NCBI GenBank assembly: GCA_039809265.1
Contig: JBDHUR010000003.1
Coordinates: forward strand, 15,274-79,273
DNA: 64,000 bases
Source: Minisyncoccia bacterium
GTDB lineage: Bacteria > Patescibacteriota > Minisyncoccia > Phycocordibacterales > UBA9973
Direction: 5' to 3'
Part shown: positions 48,584 through 60,815 of the stretch, piece after piece
How positions within the stretch are numbered: position 1 is the first letter of the stretch
Layout of the letters: each line of letters opens with the position of its first letter
Notes under the pieces: generated by a model
What the model was told of the DNA's origin: nothing
The model's input: only the letters and a program-made list of their open reading frames with translations
The model's database searches: none
Made by a program: the position numbers and the translations under genes

Positions 48584-50515
48584 ATGGACAGATTTTACAG
48601 TATATTTGGCTTTTTAATTTGTTTATTGGCTCTTGGTCTACCAACCAAGAGCTCTGCAGCTGTACCACAGTACGCAAGCTTCCAAAGCTTGCGTCAGTCA
48701 AACGTCATAATTCAATATGGCAACATAGAGAAAAAATATTACTATAACTGTTCTCTTTCTAGCTTCTCTTGCACAAAAAGCACGAATACACCAACAATAA
48801 ACTTTCCATTAAAAGCAAAGACTGGACAGAAGCTTCTTGTGTCTTCAGATGCTTCAAAAGCTATACTTGTGGAAACAAAGAAAAATGGTGCAGGCAATTA
48901 CAACGCTACAGTTTACAAAAATATCTCTGGCAAAGTAGTAAAAGTTGGCACTATCGCCACACCATACTTGCCATATAGCAGTCTGTGGAGTTCTGATTAC
49001 AACAAAGTCGCGCTTTATTCCAAAGATGCAACCTTACCTGCAAACAACATTCGCATTTTCATATTTGATACAGACAAACTTACATCTTTTGGCGAAACTA
49101 CTATAGAAACAAAATATGCCTACTCTTACACTCTTTCCCCGCGCGGAGACACAATTGCTTTTTATGATCCGCCTCGTGACTCAAACAACAAAACTAGGAG
49201 CTTCAACTTTATAGACATTAATAGTGGAAAAACATACAAAATAAACGAACCGCTAGACTATTGGGACTTGGTTTCAGAGCAACCAAGGACTTTCCAATTC
49301 TCTACAGATGGCAAAACTTTGTTTTTCGTAGATGACAAAGACGATCCTATGACTTTATACACTGTTGATATAGACAACACACGGCAAACAGGAGAAATGA
49401 CAGCCGTAAGATTTTTCCCGAATTCTAAAGAACATATTACTGACTTTGCTTTTATAGATGCCAACACTTTGGTGTACATTTCCAACACACCAGATGCTCC
49501 ATACGAATGGGATTTGCGTCTGTATGATATGACAAAAAATACAACAAGTGTCATAACAACAAATGTTGTTTACACTTCACGTATTTTGAAAGAAGGAAAA
49601 TATTTGCTCGTAAATAAAATAGTAAACAACACTGCTGTGCCATATGTCTACAACACCCAAACAAAAGCTGGCAAATATTTCACACAGCTTAAGCCCAGCA
49701 CTACAGCTCTTCCTGGTACCAGAAGTATAGTAGACATAAACGGCATGAAGGGTGTCCTGGTGCAACCTAAGGGCGGCATAACAGCTGATACACCACTTTT
49801 CATCTGGCTGCACGGCGGTCCGTACAGACAAACTTCCTACGGTTACCATCCGTACGGATCCTATGGTGTGTATGACTGGATATTGGATGAAATGGTCAAA
49901 AAGGGTGTGGCGGTACTGAAGCTAGACTACAGAGGCAGCCTGGGCTATGGCAGGATTTATGCTTCGTCTATCAAGAATGAAGTTGGTAAAGGCGATGTGG
50001 CAGATGTAGTACAAGCTGCAACCAAAATCCGCACAGACTACCCTGCCCTCCAAAAAGTTTTCCTTGTAGGCAACAGCTACGGCGGCTATCTAACTTTGAA
50101 ATCGCTAGTGGAAAGACCAGAGACTTTTTCCGGCGGATTCTCTATAAACGGCGTAACAGACTGGGCAGAACTTCTGATACCACTTCGCACTTCTATCTTT
50201 AACACTCATTTCAATGGCTTACCAGACGACAGCAACAAATGGCTATATGACCAAGCATCCATACTCCAGAAGATAAACAACTTACCAAACAACTTGCCCG
50301 TCGTCATAGCTCAAGGTTCAAGCGATAACACCATAAATCCTTCTCAAGCAACCCTGCTTTATAATGCACTCAAAAATACTGGCAAAGATACTGCCATCGT
50401 GCGATACGCGGGTCAAGGACACACATTTAGTGCTGTAAAACCACTGACAGACATCTGCAAGAGGCTTCTCTATATGGCAGGAAAAAGCTCAACAAACGCT
50501 TGCGTATTTAAATAA
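48584..50515 (+). CDS. Secreted S9 (prolyl oligopeptidase-like) peptidase with beta-propeller
   Basis: Signal peptide, HGGP, DYRGSLGYG, nucleophile GNSYGG, D and GH catalytic candidates. Confidence 0.85.
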   Translation: MDRFYSIFGFLICLLALGLPTKSSAAVPQYASFQSLRQSNVIIQYGNIEKKYYYNCSLSSFSCTKSTNTPTINFPLKAKTGQKLLVSSDASKAILVETKKNGAGNYNATVYKNISGKVVKVGTIATPYLPYSSLWSSDYNKVALYSKDATLPANNIRIFIFDTDKLTSFGETTIETKYAYSYTLSPRGDTIAFYDPPRDSNNKTRSFNFIDINSGKTYKINEPLDYWDLVSEQPRTFQFSTDGKTLFFVDDKDDPMTLYTVDIDNTRQTGEMTAVRFFPNSKEHITDFAFIDANTLVYISNTPDAPYEWDLRLYDMTKNTTSVITTNVVYTSRILKEGKYLLVNKIVNNTAVPYVYNTQTKAGKYFTQLKPSTTALPGTRSIVDINGMKGVLVQPKGGITADTPLFIWLHGGPYRQTSYGYHPYGSYGVYDWILDEMVKKGVAVLKLDYRGSLGYGRIYASSIKNEVGKGDVADVVQAATKIRTDYPALQKVFLVGNSYGGYLTLKSLVERPETFSGGFSINGVTDWAELLIPLRTSIFNTHFNGLPDDSNKWLYDQASILQKINNLPNNLPVVIAQGSSDNTINPSQATLLYNALKNTGKDTAIVRYAGQGHTFSAVKPLTDICKRLLYMAGKSSTNACVFK

Positions 50516-50517
50516 AT

Positions 50518-50549
50518 AAAATCCCCTTGGTTATTCCAGGGGGATTTTT
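50518..50549. terminator. Bidirectional terminator
   Basis: AAAATCCCCTTGG-loop-CCAGGGGGATTTTT. Confidence 0.7.
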
Positions 50550-50552
50550 GTT

Positions 50553-51287
50553 TTACTTCTTCACCTGCATGCCTCTATGATAAACTATCGTGTTTAACAC
50601 CGCGTCCAAATACACATGGTGTGTTTTTGGCAGCCAATGATAAATATGATTTTTTGTAATGTTAAAAGTGCTCCAAGGCCCTTTCGCACAATGCAAGATG
50701 GTTTTACTTATAGAAATACCAAGTCTTTTGTTTAACTCTAAAAAACTGTACTCCATGAGGGAGATATAGAAATCTTGGTCTACATCTACGCATATCACTT
50801 TATTTTGCAGATAGGATGGGAATCTGAACTTATACGTCTCCAGACCGCCATCTTCCGGCATCCTGTAAATCGAACGATCAAAAGATTCATCACCATCTTT
50901 GTTGTAGAAAAAACGAGTTCTTTCTTTAGATAGGTATTCATCAATGCAGGCATATATGGCGTATCCGCAATCAGAAAACACAGGCGGAAATGTCTTTTCG
51001 TATTTATATATCCGAAAGTCTGGGTTTACGAGGCGGGGATCTGTAGCCATAGATTCTACGGCTATCCGGAAGACTATACTTTTACCATCTTTTGTCGGAT
51101 TGCTTATGTTTTCATAAACCTTATAATCTTCTTTCCCCCACAGTGAAGTATTTAGATTTGACATGACGTCATAATATTTCAACTCCATATTGTCGCGATA
51201 GTCACGCGGCTCATTTGAGCTGATCAGTTCTTTGGCAATAAGCACTACCTTGATATCCTCGGTGTGACTTTCAAGTTTCTGTACCAT
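50553..51287 (-). CDS. Hypothetical protein
   Basis: 244-aa ORF with own TTGACA-17-TACCAT promoter candidate; no motif recognised. Confidence 0.65.
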   Translation of the reverse strand: MVQKLESHTEDIKVVLIAKELISSNEPRDYRDNMELKYYDVMSNLNTSLWGKEDYKVYENISNPTKDGKSIVFRIAVESMATDPRLVNPDFRIYKYEKTFPPVFSDCGYAIYACIDEYLSKERTRFFYNKDGDESFDRSIYRMPEDGGLETYKFRFPSYLQNKVICVDVDQDFYISLMEYSFLELNKRLGISISKTILHCAKGPWSTFNITKNHIYHWLPKTHHVYLDAVLNTIVYHRGMQVKK

Positions 51288-51343
51288 ATTTTTAGATTTT
51301 AATGTTTAGTATATGGTACTACTTTATATGTTTTTGTCAATGT

Positions 51344-51784
51344 TTACTTATATTTCTTGGTTCGCCACTTGTCAGCTATTTTAACCTTGTTTAGAGAGCG
51401 CTCAAGCTCTGCTTCAAAGTGCTCAAAATCCACGTCCTGAGCGTTTTTACGCTCTTTAGAGAGCTTTTCTGCCTTAACTCTAGCTTCCTCTATGCTTTTC
51501 TCTATATCCCCAACGTGCTCGGCATAGTCTGCTAGCACTGCTACCTCAGTAACACCATCCACTTTTTTTACTTCCACAAACCCTCCATCCAAAGCAAACG
51601 GCACAGGCTCGTCTGTAGCACCAGCCACAATATCGCCAGAAGTCAGAGATGCAACTAGCGGAATATGATCCGGCAAGACAGTTATAATACCTTCTTTTGT
51701 AGGTAAAGTTACTTGGCTGACATTTTCTTCAAATACCAGCTTTTCCGGAGTAACTATTTTGAGTTTTAGAAATTTATTTGACAT
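51344..51784 (-). CDS. atpC: ATP synthase epsilon
   Basis: LKIVTPE, GIITVLPDHIP, GGFVEV. Confidence 0.95.
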   Translation of the reverse strand: MSNKFLKLKIVTPEKLVFEENVSQVTLPTKEGIITVLPDHIPLVASLTSGDIVAGATDEPVPFALDGGFVEVKKVDGVTEVAVLADYAEHVGDIEKSIEEARVKAEKLSKERKNAQDVDFEHFEAELERSLNKVKIADKWRTKKYK

Positions 51785-51785
51785 A

Positions 51786-53439
<1,654 letters not shown>

Positions 53440-53443
53440 AAAT

Positions 53444-54349
53444 TTAACTCACTGAAGCCATACCAGCCGAGATTTCCGAAATTTCTTGCGTGATGCCGGC
53501 TTGGCGGGCTTTGTTAAATACTAATGTCAGATCTCCAATCATATCTGCCGCGGCGTCGCTTGCGTTCTTCATTGCGATCATTCGTGCCGACTGTTCACTC
53601 GCGCTTGATTCAAGGATCATCTGATACATTTGCATTCTGACAATCTTTACGACCATGTCTTTCATCACTTCTTCGTAGTTCGGTTCAAAGACATACTGTG
53701 TTCCTGTTTTGCTTTCTGAAATATTTTTATTTTCTACTGTAGAGAGCGCTTCTTCAATCCCTTTCTTAACTTCCTCTTTCGATACCGGCAAAAGTTTTCG
53801 TATCTTTGGTATCTGCGTAAGTCCGGAAACGTAGTCGGTGAATGCAACATGGATTTCGTCATACTTTCCTGATGCGTACAAATCTGTAACAAGTCTTGCT
53901 GCCGAGAGCGTGTCGAACAGTTTTGGATTCTCCGGCATTTCAGTAAACGAAGCGATGACTTCTTTCCCAAGCCGTCGCAGCATAGCGTCGCCTTTCTTCC
54001 CTACTGTTACGAAAGAAAGTTCGTCGTTCGGGTGAGTTCGCATTTGCGCGATTACTTTTCGCATAATCTGCGCGTTGTAGGAGCCGCATAGTCCGCGGTT
54101 GGAAGTAATAAGCACGGTCAATTTTTTATTTCCATTTCGTTCCTTCAAAAGTTCATGAGTTGTTTCATCCACATACTGAGACAAAGAAGTCAGAACTTCC
54201 CAAGAATATCCGGCGTACACGCGAGAAGCAACCGTCATACCGACGGCTTTCTTCATCTTGGCAGCAGCAACAAGCTCCATCGCCTTGGTGATTTTCTTTG
54301 TGTTCTTTATGGACGTAATACGTCGTTTGATTTCTTTTGTGGATGCCAT
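53444..54349 (-). CDS. atpG: ATP synthase gamma
   Basis: KITKAMELVAAAK, NRGLCGSYN, ASEQSARM.AMKNA, NKARQAGITQEI. Confidence 0.98.
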   Translation of the reverse strand: MASTKEIKRRITSIKNTKKITKAMELVAAAKMKKAVGMTVASRVYAGYSWEVLTSLSQYVDETTHELLKERNGNKKLTVLITSNRGLCGSYNAQIMRKVIAQMRTHPNDELSFVTVGKKGDAMLRRLGKEVIASFTEMPENPKLFDTLSAARLVTDLYASGKYDEIHVAFTDYVSGLTQIPKIRKLLPVSKEEVKKGIEEALSTVENKNISESKTGTQYVFEPNYEEVMKDMVVKIVRMQMYQMILESSASEQSARMIAMKNASDAAADMIGDLTLVFNKARQAGITQEISEISAGMASVS

Positions 54350-54353
54350 TTAA

Positions 54354-54695
54354 TTAATCTAAACTTTCGTAAGAAATGATATCTTTTAGTCTTTCAGGAA
54401 ATTCTGAAGGTTCTGGCAATACAATATCTTGATCTTCAATTTTTATTGGTTTTGTAAAATCCAAAAAGTGCATGAAAAATACTACGCGATGAGGGAACGC
54501 ATTTGGTTTATTTACAACCTCACTTCCAGTTTCATTTAGAAACTGATCATCATATGGTGCCTGCCAATCAAGCCTTGGTACACCTTCAACTTCTTGAGTT
54601 ATTTCATCAAAATTTAAAGCTTTGTCTGAAGTAAGCTCTATAAGATGAACATCTGGATTATTTTCTACTTTATACACACCAATTATATTGATCAT
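54354..54695 (-). CDS. Hypothetical protein inserted between atpA and atpG
   Basis: 113-aa ORF (WQAPYDDQFL...VVFFMHFLD), tightly packed in the operon. Confidence 0.65.
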   Translation of the reverse strand: MINIIGVYKVENNPDVHLIELTSDKALNFDEITQEVEGVPRLDWQAPYDDQFLNETGSEVVNKPNAFPHRVVFFMHFLDFTKPIKIEDQDIVLPEPSEFPERLKDIISYESLD

Positions 54696-54701
54696 AAAAT
54701 T

Positions 54702-56210
54702 TTATTTATTGAACACCGTCTTATATTCCTCAATAATTTTCTTAAGTTCTGCTTCTCCTTCATCTGTCCACATTTTTGCTTCGCGGACTTCTGACATGAA
54801 CTGCTTTGCGTTCTGTTCTCCGTATTTGATCAAGCCCGTTTCAAATTCTCGAATCTTGTCGATCGCAATGTCGTCCACAAGTCCGCGAGTAAGCGCATAC
54901 ATGGAGACAACTTGGTGTTCCACACTCATCGGAGAATATTGTCCTTGCTTCAAAAGTTCCACTGCTCGGCGTCCTCGGTCAAGCTGCTTTCGAGTTCCTT
55001 CGTCCAAATCTGAACCGAACTGTGTAAAGGCTTCAAGTTCTCGAAACTGCGCAAGATCGAGCTTCAATGTTCCAGCAACTTTTTTCATCGCTTTGATCTG
55101 AGCAGAAGATCCCACGCGAGACACAGAGTTACCAACGTTTACTGCAGGACGAATACCTTTGTAGAACAAATCTGTTTCCAAGAAAATCTGTCCGTCAGTG
55201 ATAGAAATAACGTTTGTCGGAATGTAAGCAGAAATATCTCCGGCCTGAGTTTCAATGATTGGAAGCGCTGTAATAGAACCTCCACCGAATTCTTTGTTCT
55301 TTCGGCAAGCGCGTTCAAGCAAGCGTGAGTGCAAGTAGAACACATCTCCAGGGTAAGCTTCGCGGCCTGGTGGACGTCGAAGAAGAAGAGAAATTTCTCG
55401 GTAAGCAACAGCATGCTTTGAAAGATCATCGTAGATGATGAGCACGTCTTCACCTTTGTCCATGAAATATTCTGCGATAGACACACCAGTATAAGGCGCA
55501 ATATAAGAAAGCGCAGCCGGTTCTGAAGCGCCGGCAGAGACAATGACTGTGTAGTCCATAGCGCCAGCTTCGCGCAAGCGTGTCTCTATCTTTCTGAGTT
55601 TTGAATCTTTCTGACCGATGGAAACGTAGACGCATTTCATATTTTGACCCTTCTGGTTCAATATCGTGTCTATAGCAATAGCAGTCTTACCAGTTTGTCT
55701 GTCACCAATGATAAGTTCACGCTGACCTCGACCTATCGGGATAAGCGCATCTATAGCTTTTATACCTGTCTGTACCGGCTGGTCCACAGACTGTCTAGTG
55801 ATCACACCAGAAGCCACGCGTTCTATAGGGTAATTTGTTTTTGATTCTATAGTGCCAGCGCCATCTATTGGAGCGCCAAGAGCGTCTACCACACGGCCTA
55901 TCATCGCCTCACCAACAGGCACAGAAAGTATTTTACCTGTACGCTTTACACCTTGACCTTCTTTCAGGTGGGTATAATCTCCAAGCACAATAGCACCGAT
56001 AGCATCTTCCTCAAGGTTAAGTGCCACCCCCATACCGCCAGCATCAAACGCCACCATTTCTGAAGATTGGCATTGTGAAAGACCGGAAATTTTTACAATT
56101 CCGTCTGAAACAGACACAATAGTTCCGACTTCATATATTTCTGGAGTCGCATCAAACTCTTGGATCTTTTGTTTTAAATTGTTGATGAGTGCTTCTGCTT
56201 GTGTTTTCAT
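54702..56210 (-). CDS. atpA: ATP synthase alpha
   Basis: [38 protein letters not shown]. Confidence 0.99.
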   Translation of the reverse strand: MKTQAEALINNLKQKIQEFDATPEIYEVGTIVSVSDGIVKISGLSQCQSSEMVAFDAGGMGVALNLEEDAIGAIVLGDYTHLKEGQGVKRTGKILSVPVGEAMIGRVVDALGAPIDGAGTIESKTNYPIERVASGVITRQSVDQPVQTGIKAIDALIPIGRGQRELIIGDRQTGKTAIAIDTILNQKGQNMKCVYVSIGQKDSKLRKIETRLREAGAMDYTVIVSAGASEPAALSYIAPYTGVSIAEYFMDKGEDVLIIYDDLSKHAVAYREISLLLRRPPGREAYPGDVFYLHSRLLERACRKNKEFGGGSITALPIIETQAGDISAYIPTNVISITDGQIFLETDLFYKGIRPAVNVGNSVSRVGSSAQIKAMKKVAGTLKLDLAQFRELEAFTQFGSDLDEGTRKQLDRGRRAVELLKQGQYSPMSVEHQVVSMYALTRGLVDDIAIDKIREFETGLIKYGEQNAKQFMSEVREAKMWTDEGEAELKKIIEEYKTVFNK

Positions 56211-56212
56211 AT

Positions 56213-56593
56213 TTAGTGTGTAAGTGATTCTTGTAATAAGACTAGTTGTTTTTTTAAACTTGCATCATACTCTAGCCCTTTATATGTAGCGATGAATCCT
56301 CCGATCAGTGTTTCATCTATCTCTACTTCTACATCTTTACCGCTTGCATTCATTTTCTCTGTTATCCCTGATACAGTATTCTTACTTATTTCAAAAGGTG
56401 TACGGATGCGGACTTGTTCATTTCTTGACTTCATCTCAACCAATCGTTCTAAATGACGCAATATGTCTGGAAGTCTGTTCTCCATCTTGTGCGAGGTAAC
56501 AAATTTCATAAAGTCTTTTGTTACTTGCTCTCCAGTTCTACCGTCTTCAAGCATGGACAAAAGTGTATGTGCGATGTTCTTTGATGCATCCAT
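56213..56593 (-). CDS. atpH: ATP synthase delta (short)
   Basis: Operon position; IDETLIGGF...YDASLKKQL. Confidence 0.85.
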   Translation of the reverse strand: MDASKNIAHTLLSMLEDGRTGEQVTKDFMKFVTSHKMENRLPDILRHLERLVEMKSRNEQVRIRTPFEISKNTVSGITEKMNASGKDVEVEIDETLIGGFIATYKGLEYDASLKKQLVLLQESLTH

Positions 56594-57084
56594 TATTTGG
56601 CAAGAATTTCTTTGATAATCTTTTCGCTTTTTTCACCAGTCATTGTATTTTTCAATATCTTCTCTACAGACATAACCACAGCCTTTGCGGTCTCTGTATT
56701 CAGCTCTTTTATCATGCTTTCACGCTCCTTATCCACCATAGCTCGGCCATTCTCAAGTATTCCCTGTTTTTCTTTCTCTGCATCTACCTGTGCTTGTGCG
56801 ACTATACCCTTTCCGTCCTCTTCTGCTTTAGTTAAAGTATCTACCGCTTTCATACGAGCTTCCTTTTCTATTTCTTTTTTAGTTTCTTCGGCTTCTGACA
56901 AAGCAACTTTTGACTTCTCTGCATTCTCTAATCCAGTCGTGATATCTGTGTGTCTGTCACGGATCACCTTACGAAGTGGTTTTATAGCTATGAAGTAAAG
57001 TATCACAAACACCAACGCAAAGTTGAATATCTGCGCTAGCATGAGTTTCCAATCTATATGAAATGTTGCTATTAAATCGTTCAT
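56593..57084 (-). CDS. atpF: ATP synthase b
   Basis: AQIFNF TM, KPL, coiled coil. Confidence 0.93.
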   Translation of the reverse strand: MNDLIATFHIDWKLMLAQIFNFALVFVILYFIAIKPLRKVIRDRHTDITTGLENAEKSKVALSEAEETKKEIEKEARMKAVDTLTKAEEDGKGIVAQAQVDAEKEKQGILENGRAMVDKERESMIKELNTETAKAVVMSVEKILKNTMTGEKSEKIIKEILAK

Positions 57085-57158
57085 TGAAAAATTTTATACT
57101 TATAATACTGCCCTGAACACAATGCAGATGATAGGCTTCCGCATTGAGGTTCAAAACA

Positions 57159-57452
<294 letters not shown>

Positions 57453-57483
57453 TCAACCACATGTGCCACAAGTCAAAAAGTTT

Positions 57484-58386
57484 TTAGCTGTGTGCTACAG
57501 ACCGAGCATGTGCGTCATGCGATTCGTCATGAGCATCATGATCCTGTGAAGCTATAGTAAAGTAGACCACTGTCAAAAGAGAAAAGATGAGGGCTTGGAT
57601 GAGTCCGACAAAAACTTCGAGCAACAGAAATGGTGCCGGAACAACGTACGCAACAAGCGCGCTCATGGACGCAAGCAAGACTTCGCCGGCAAACACGTTC
57701 CCAAAAAGACGAAAAGAAAGCGAAGCAACTTTTGCTATTTCTCCTATAGCTTCAAGCACACCTACAAAGAACGAGATTGGTGCCACCACAAGGATGGTCG
57801 GCTCGCGCCGTACTTTGGTAAAGATGTACCCAAGCGCTTTAAGATTAACATATTTGTTAAAGGTTTTCCATAGACCAATTGACACTATACCAAATATATT
57901 GGCTCCTATAACAGAAAAAAGTCCGAGCGCAAGAGTAGTATTTACATCGGCAGTGCCCCCGCGGAAAAGCGCCACAAATGTCTCATGTCCGTCTTTTATC
58001 TCATTGAATCCGATAGAACCTACGCCGGGTAGAATTCCCAGCCAGTTGTTGAATAGCATAAAGAAGAAAATAGATATTGCTAGCGGGAAAATTTTCTCTG
58101 AAAGCTTGCGGTCATTGGTAACTTGGTCACAAACAGATAACGCACCTTCTACTACTATTTCAAAAATATGCTGCATTTTGCTCGGTATTTTAGAAAGCTT
58201 GAGGCGCAAAACAACAGAGACAAGCACAACGAGAGCAAGCGCTAGCCAACTGGTAAGCATAGAATTTGTCACAGGTATTCCACCATCAGACGGCCCAATA
58301 TGAAAAACCTCTTCGGCAAAGAGTGTATGAGCGTGGTGGGAGTTTTCTGTTGTTTGTGTTTCTGTATGAATGTTTTCAGTATGCAT
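57484..58386 (-). CDS. atpB: ATP synthase a
   Basis: NWLGILPG, TADVN, SLSFRLFGNVFAGE, IQALIF. Confidence 0.97.
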   Translation of the reverse strand: MHTENIHTETQTTENSHHAHTLFAEEVFHIGPSDGGIPVTNSMLTSWLALALVVLVSVVLRLKLSKIPSKMQHIFEIVVEGALSVCDQVTNDRKLSEKIFPLAISIFFFMLFNNWLGILPGVGSIGFNEIKDGHETFVALFRGGTADVNTTLALGLFSVIGANIFGIVSIGLWKTFNKYVNLKALGYIFTKVRREPTILVVAPISFFVGVLEAIGEIAKVASLSFRLFGNVFAGEVLLASMSALVAYVVPAPFLLLEVFVGLIQALIFSLLTVVYFTIASQDHDAHDESHDAHARSVAHS

Positions 58387-58388
58387 AG

Positions 58389-58634
58389 CTATTTATCGTT
58401 GGTTGTTTCAAAGTTGTTGCGGTAAATCTTTATCTCTTTATATATGCCATAAATAGTGGCGGCAAAGCAGACAGCAAGGATAATGAAAAACACTGCATTG
58501 CTGGCATGTGTAAAATGCTTTACCAGAAACGCTACAGCCACAGGCCCTAGTATCCAGCTGGTTGTCTTGGCATAGAACATAAGCGCTGGCTTGTACCAGC
58601 TTTCCCCTGCCTGCTTTTTCCCATCTGTATCCAT
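58389..58634 (-). CDS. AtpZ/AtpI-like small membrane protein
   Basis: 2 TM, first gene of the atp operon. Confidence 0.6.
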   Translation of the reverse strand: MDTDGKKQAGESWYKPALMFYAKTTSWILGPVAVAFLVKHFTHASNAVFFIILAVCFAATIYGIYKEIKIYRNNFETTNDK

Positions 58635-58853
58635 AAAAAGAAAAGGCTAAAAATCTCTTTTGGCCAAGGACAGTATAACACAACAGAACCAAATCGTAAA
58701 ACAAAAATAGAGACCCATACAGGATCTCTATTTACAAATTCAATAAACCAAATCAGTTGCCCAAAATACTTTTTACCAAAGGATATTCTGAAAAATGATT
58801 TTTAATATGTTCCATACTAAAGGCATCCTCGCACAAATATACTATGTCAACTG

Positions 58854-58925
58854 TGAGTGTGGAAGGAATCGGACCTTCGACCTCTGTCTTATCAGGACAG
58901 CGTTCTACCACTGAACTACACACTC
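58854..58925 (-). tRNA. tRNA-Ile(GAT)
   Basis: Acceptor GAGTGTG/CACACTC, anticodon arm CTGTC-CTGATAA-GACAG, T arm GAAGG-TCCGATT-CCTTC; CCA not encoded. Confidence 0.93.
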
Positions 58926-58982
58926 ATAATAGTCTTTTGAATATAACAGAAATTTGCACTTGTAGCAATAAAACAACAAAAG

Positions 58983-59011
58983 AAAAGCGCCCCGCGTAGC
59001 GGGGCGCTTTT
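58983..59011 (-). terminator. Terminator after RRM gene
   Basis: AAAAGCGCCCCGC-GTA-GCGGGGCGCTTTT. Confidence 0.75.
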
Positions 59012-59021
59012 TAGCCTAGAC

Positions 59022-59306
59022 TTATCTTCCTCCTCGGAATCCGCCTGAAGGACGAGCTTCCATAGGACGAGCTTCATTCACTGTAAGGTTTCGTCCACCG
59101 AAATCCTTTCCATTGAACATGTCGATAGCTTTCTGAGCTTCGTCATCGTTTGACATTTCTACGAAACCGAATCCTTTGGATCGGCCTGTCATCTTGTCTA
59201 TGATAATAGTAGCAGAATCTACTGCTCCAGCTTGAGCGAAGTGATTTTTGAATTCATCTTCGGTAGTGGAGTATGGTAGTCCGCCAACATACAATTTCTT
59301 TGCCAT
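59022..59306 (-). CDS. RRM RNA-binding protein
   Basis: RNP2 LYVGGL, RNP1 KGFGFVEM, VNEARP, RGG tail. Confidence 0.95.
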   Translation of the reverse strand: MAKKLYVGGLPYSTTEDEFKNHFAQAGAVDSATIIIDKMTGRSKGFGFVEMSNDDEAQKAIDMFNGKDFGGRNLTVNEARPMEARPSGGFRGGR

Positions 59307-59473
59307 ACTTTTACGCGAAACAAGTTCGCGAAGAAAATTATTTAATAACGTAGACTAGGCTCGTTGTACCCATGGATAGGCACGGATACTTTTATTGGAA
59401 ACCCAACAAACAAAAGCTAAAGACCTACAGGTAGTTTATAGCATAAAAGCAAACGTATGGCAATGTGAATATC

Positions 59474-60445
59474 TTATTCTTCCTCTGCATCCCCTGTTTC
59501 GCCTGACTGCAGCGAGTCTATTATCTTGTCTATACCGCCCGCCATTAGACCTGGAATATTTGAAAAAGACTTCTTTATACGGTGGTCTGTTACCCTGTCT
59601 TGAGGGAAGTTATATGTGCGTATCTTCTCGCTGCGGTCTCCAGTGCCGATCTGGTTTTTCCTGTCTGCGGAATACTTTTTTGCTTCTTCCTCATCCTTCC
59701 GCTGTTGGAGCTTGGAGAGCAAGATAGACATTGCTCGCTCGCGATTGCCCAGCTGGCTGCGCTCTGCGGTGGAGCGTACGTCTATACCTGTGGGCTTGTG
59801 TATCACTCGTACTGCTGTTTCTACTTTGTTCACATTCTGCCCGCCTGCTCCGCCCGAACGAGAATACTCAAGCTCTATATCTGCCGGATTTATTTCAATA
59901 GTAATTTTCTTTTTTATTGGAAGCACTGCCACAGATGCAGTAGAAGTATGCACACGTCCGTTTTTCTCTGTGGCGGGGATACGCTGCACTCTGTGTACAC
60001 CAGTCTCATAGCGCAGCAAGCGATACACGTCCTTGCCATGCACTTCAAAAGAGGCTTCTTTATACCCGCCTACATCATTCTTGGATTCATCCACTGTTTT
60101 CCAAGACCAACCTCGCTTATCTGCATAGCGTTCGTACATCTCAGCAAGCTCATAAGCAAAAAGCGACGCCTCGTCTCCACCGGCTCCGGCACGAACTTCA
60201 AGGACTATTTCGTTTGGAAATTCTTCTTCCTCTTTTTCAGCATCTTGAATAGATTTGATCTGCTCTTCCAATGCTTCCTTTTGCATATAGATATTCTTCA
60301 GCTCCTCCTGTGCCATATCATGCAAAGTACCATCCGAGTCCAGCATCTCGCGGACTTCGGCTTCTTCGCGGGCAAGCCTTTCCAAACCTTCGGCCAGGAA
60401 ACTTGTTTTATGGCTTTTCTTTAGTTCTTCTAGATTGTAAGACAT
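59474..60445 (-). CDS. prfA: Peptide chain release factor 1 (short N-domain)
   Basis: [43 protein letters not shown]. Confidence 0.95.
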   Translation of the reverse strand: MSYNLEELKKSHKTSFLAEGLERLAREEAEVREMLDSDGTLHDMAQEELKNIYMQKEALEEQIKSIQDAEKEEEEFPNEIVLEVRAGAGGDEASLFAYELAEMYERYADKRGWSWKTVDESKNDVGGYKEASFEVHGKDVYRLLRYETGVHRVQRIPATEKNGRVHTSTASVAVLPIKKKITIEINPADIELEYSRSGGAGGQNVNKVETAVRVIHKPTGIDVRSTAERSQLGNRERAMSILLSKLQQRKDEEEAKKYSADRKNQIGTGDRSEKIRTYNFPQDRVTDHRIKKSFSNIPGLMAGGIDKIIDSLQSGETGDAEEE

Positions 60446-60461
60446 GGCTTTATTATACATC

Positions 60462-60510
60462 AAAAGAGCGGAAAATTTTGCTGAATAATCGCAAAATTTT
60501 CCGCTCTTTT
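60462..60510. terminator. 20-bp inverted repeat between rpmE and prfA
   Basis: AAAAGAGCGGAAAATTTTGC-9 nt-GCAAAATTTTCCGCTCTTTT. Confidence 0.65.
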
Positions 60511-60517
60511 TAGAAAT

Positions 60518-60775
60518 CTATTTCTTCTTTGCGGTAGCACGGCGAGCCTTGAATTTCTCGATACGGCCAGCGTTGTCCATAACCTTCTCTGTACCAGTGT
60601 AAAAAGGATGTGAGGCACTAGATATTTCTATGCGGTAAGACGGATATTCCTTGCCGTCTTCCCATTTTGCTTTTTCCTCAGTCTCCACTGTAGAGTTGAT
60701 CAGAAACTTTGCATCACTGGAAGCGTCCACAAATAGGACTGGGCGATAATTTTTAGGATGAATGTCTTTTTTCAT
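60518..60775 (-). CDS. rpmE: 50S ribosomal protein L31, type B (Cys-free)
   Basis: [28 protein letters not shown]. Confidence 0.95.
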   Translation of the reverse strand: MKKDIHPKNYRPVLFVDASSDAKFLINSTVETEEKAKWEDGKEYPSYRIEISSASHPFYTGTEKVMDNAGRIEKFKARRATAKKK

Positions 60776-60815
60776 ACCAAGGTACTTTAGCAGATTTTAT
60801 AGAAATTGGCAATAT

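Noticed and set aside
57587-58303. Long antisense ORFs (also 43621-44388, 59582-60424, 52023-52619 and others)
   Set aside because: Shadows of well-supported genes on the opposite strand, with no motifs.
58853-59020. tRNA-anchored integrative element
   Set aside because: No integrase and no duplicated tRNA 3' end noticed in the window.
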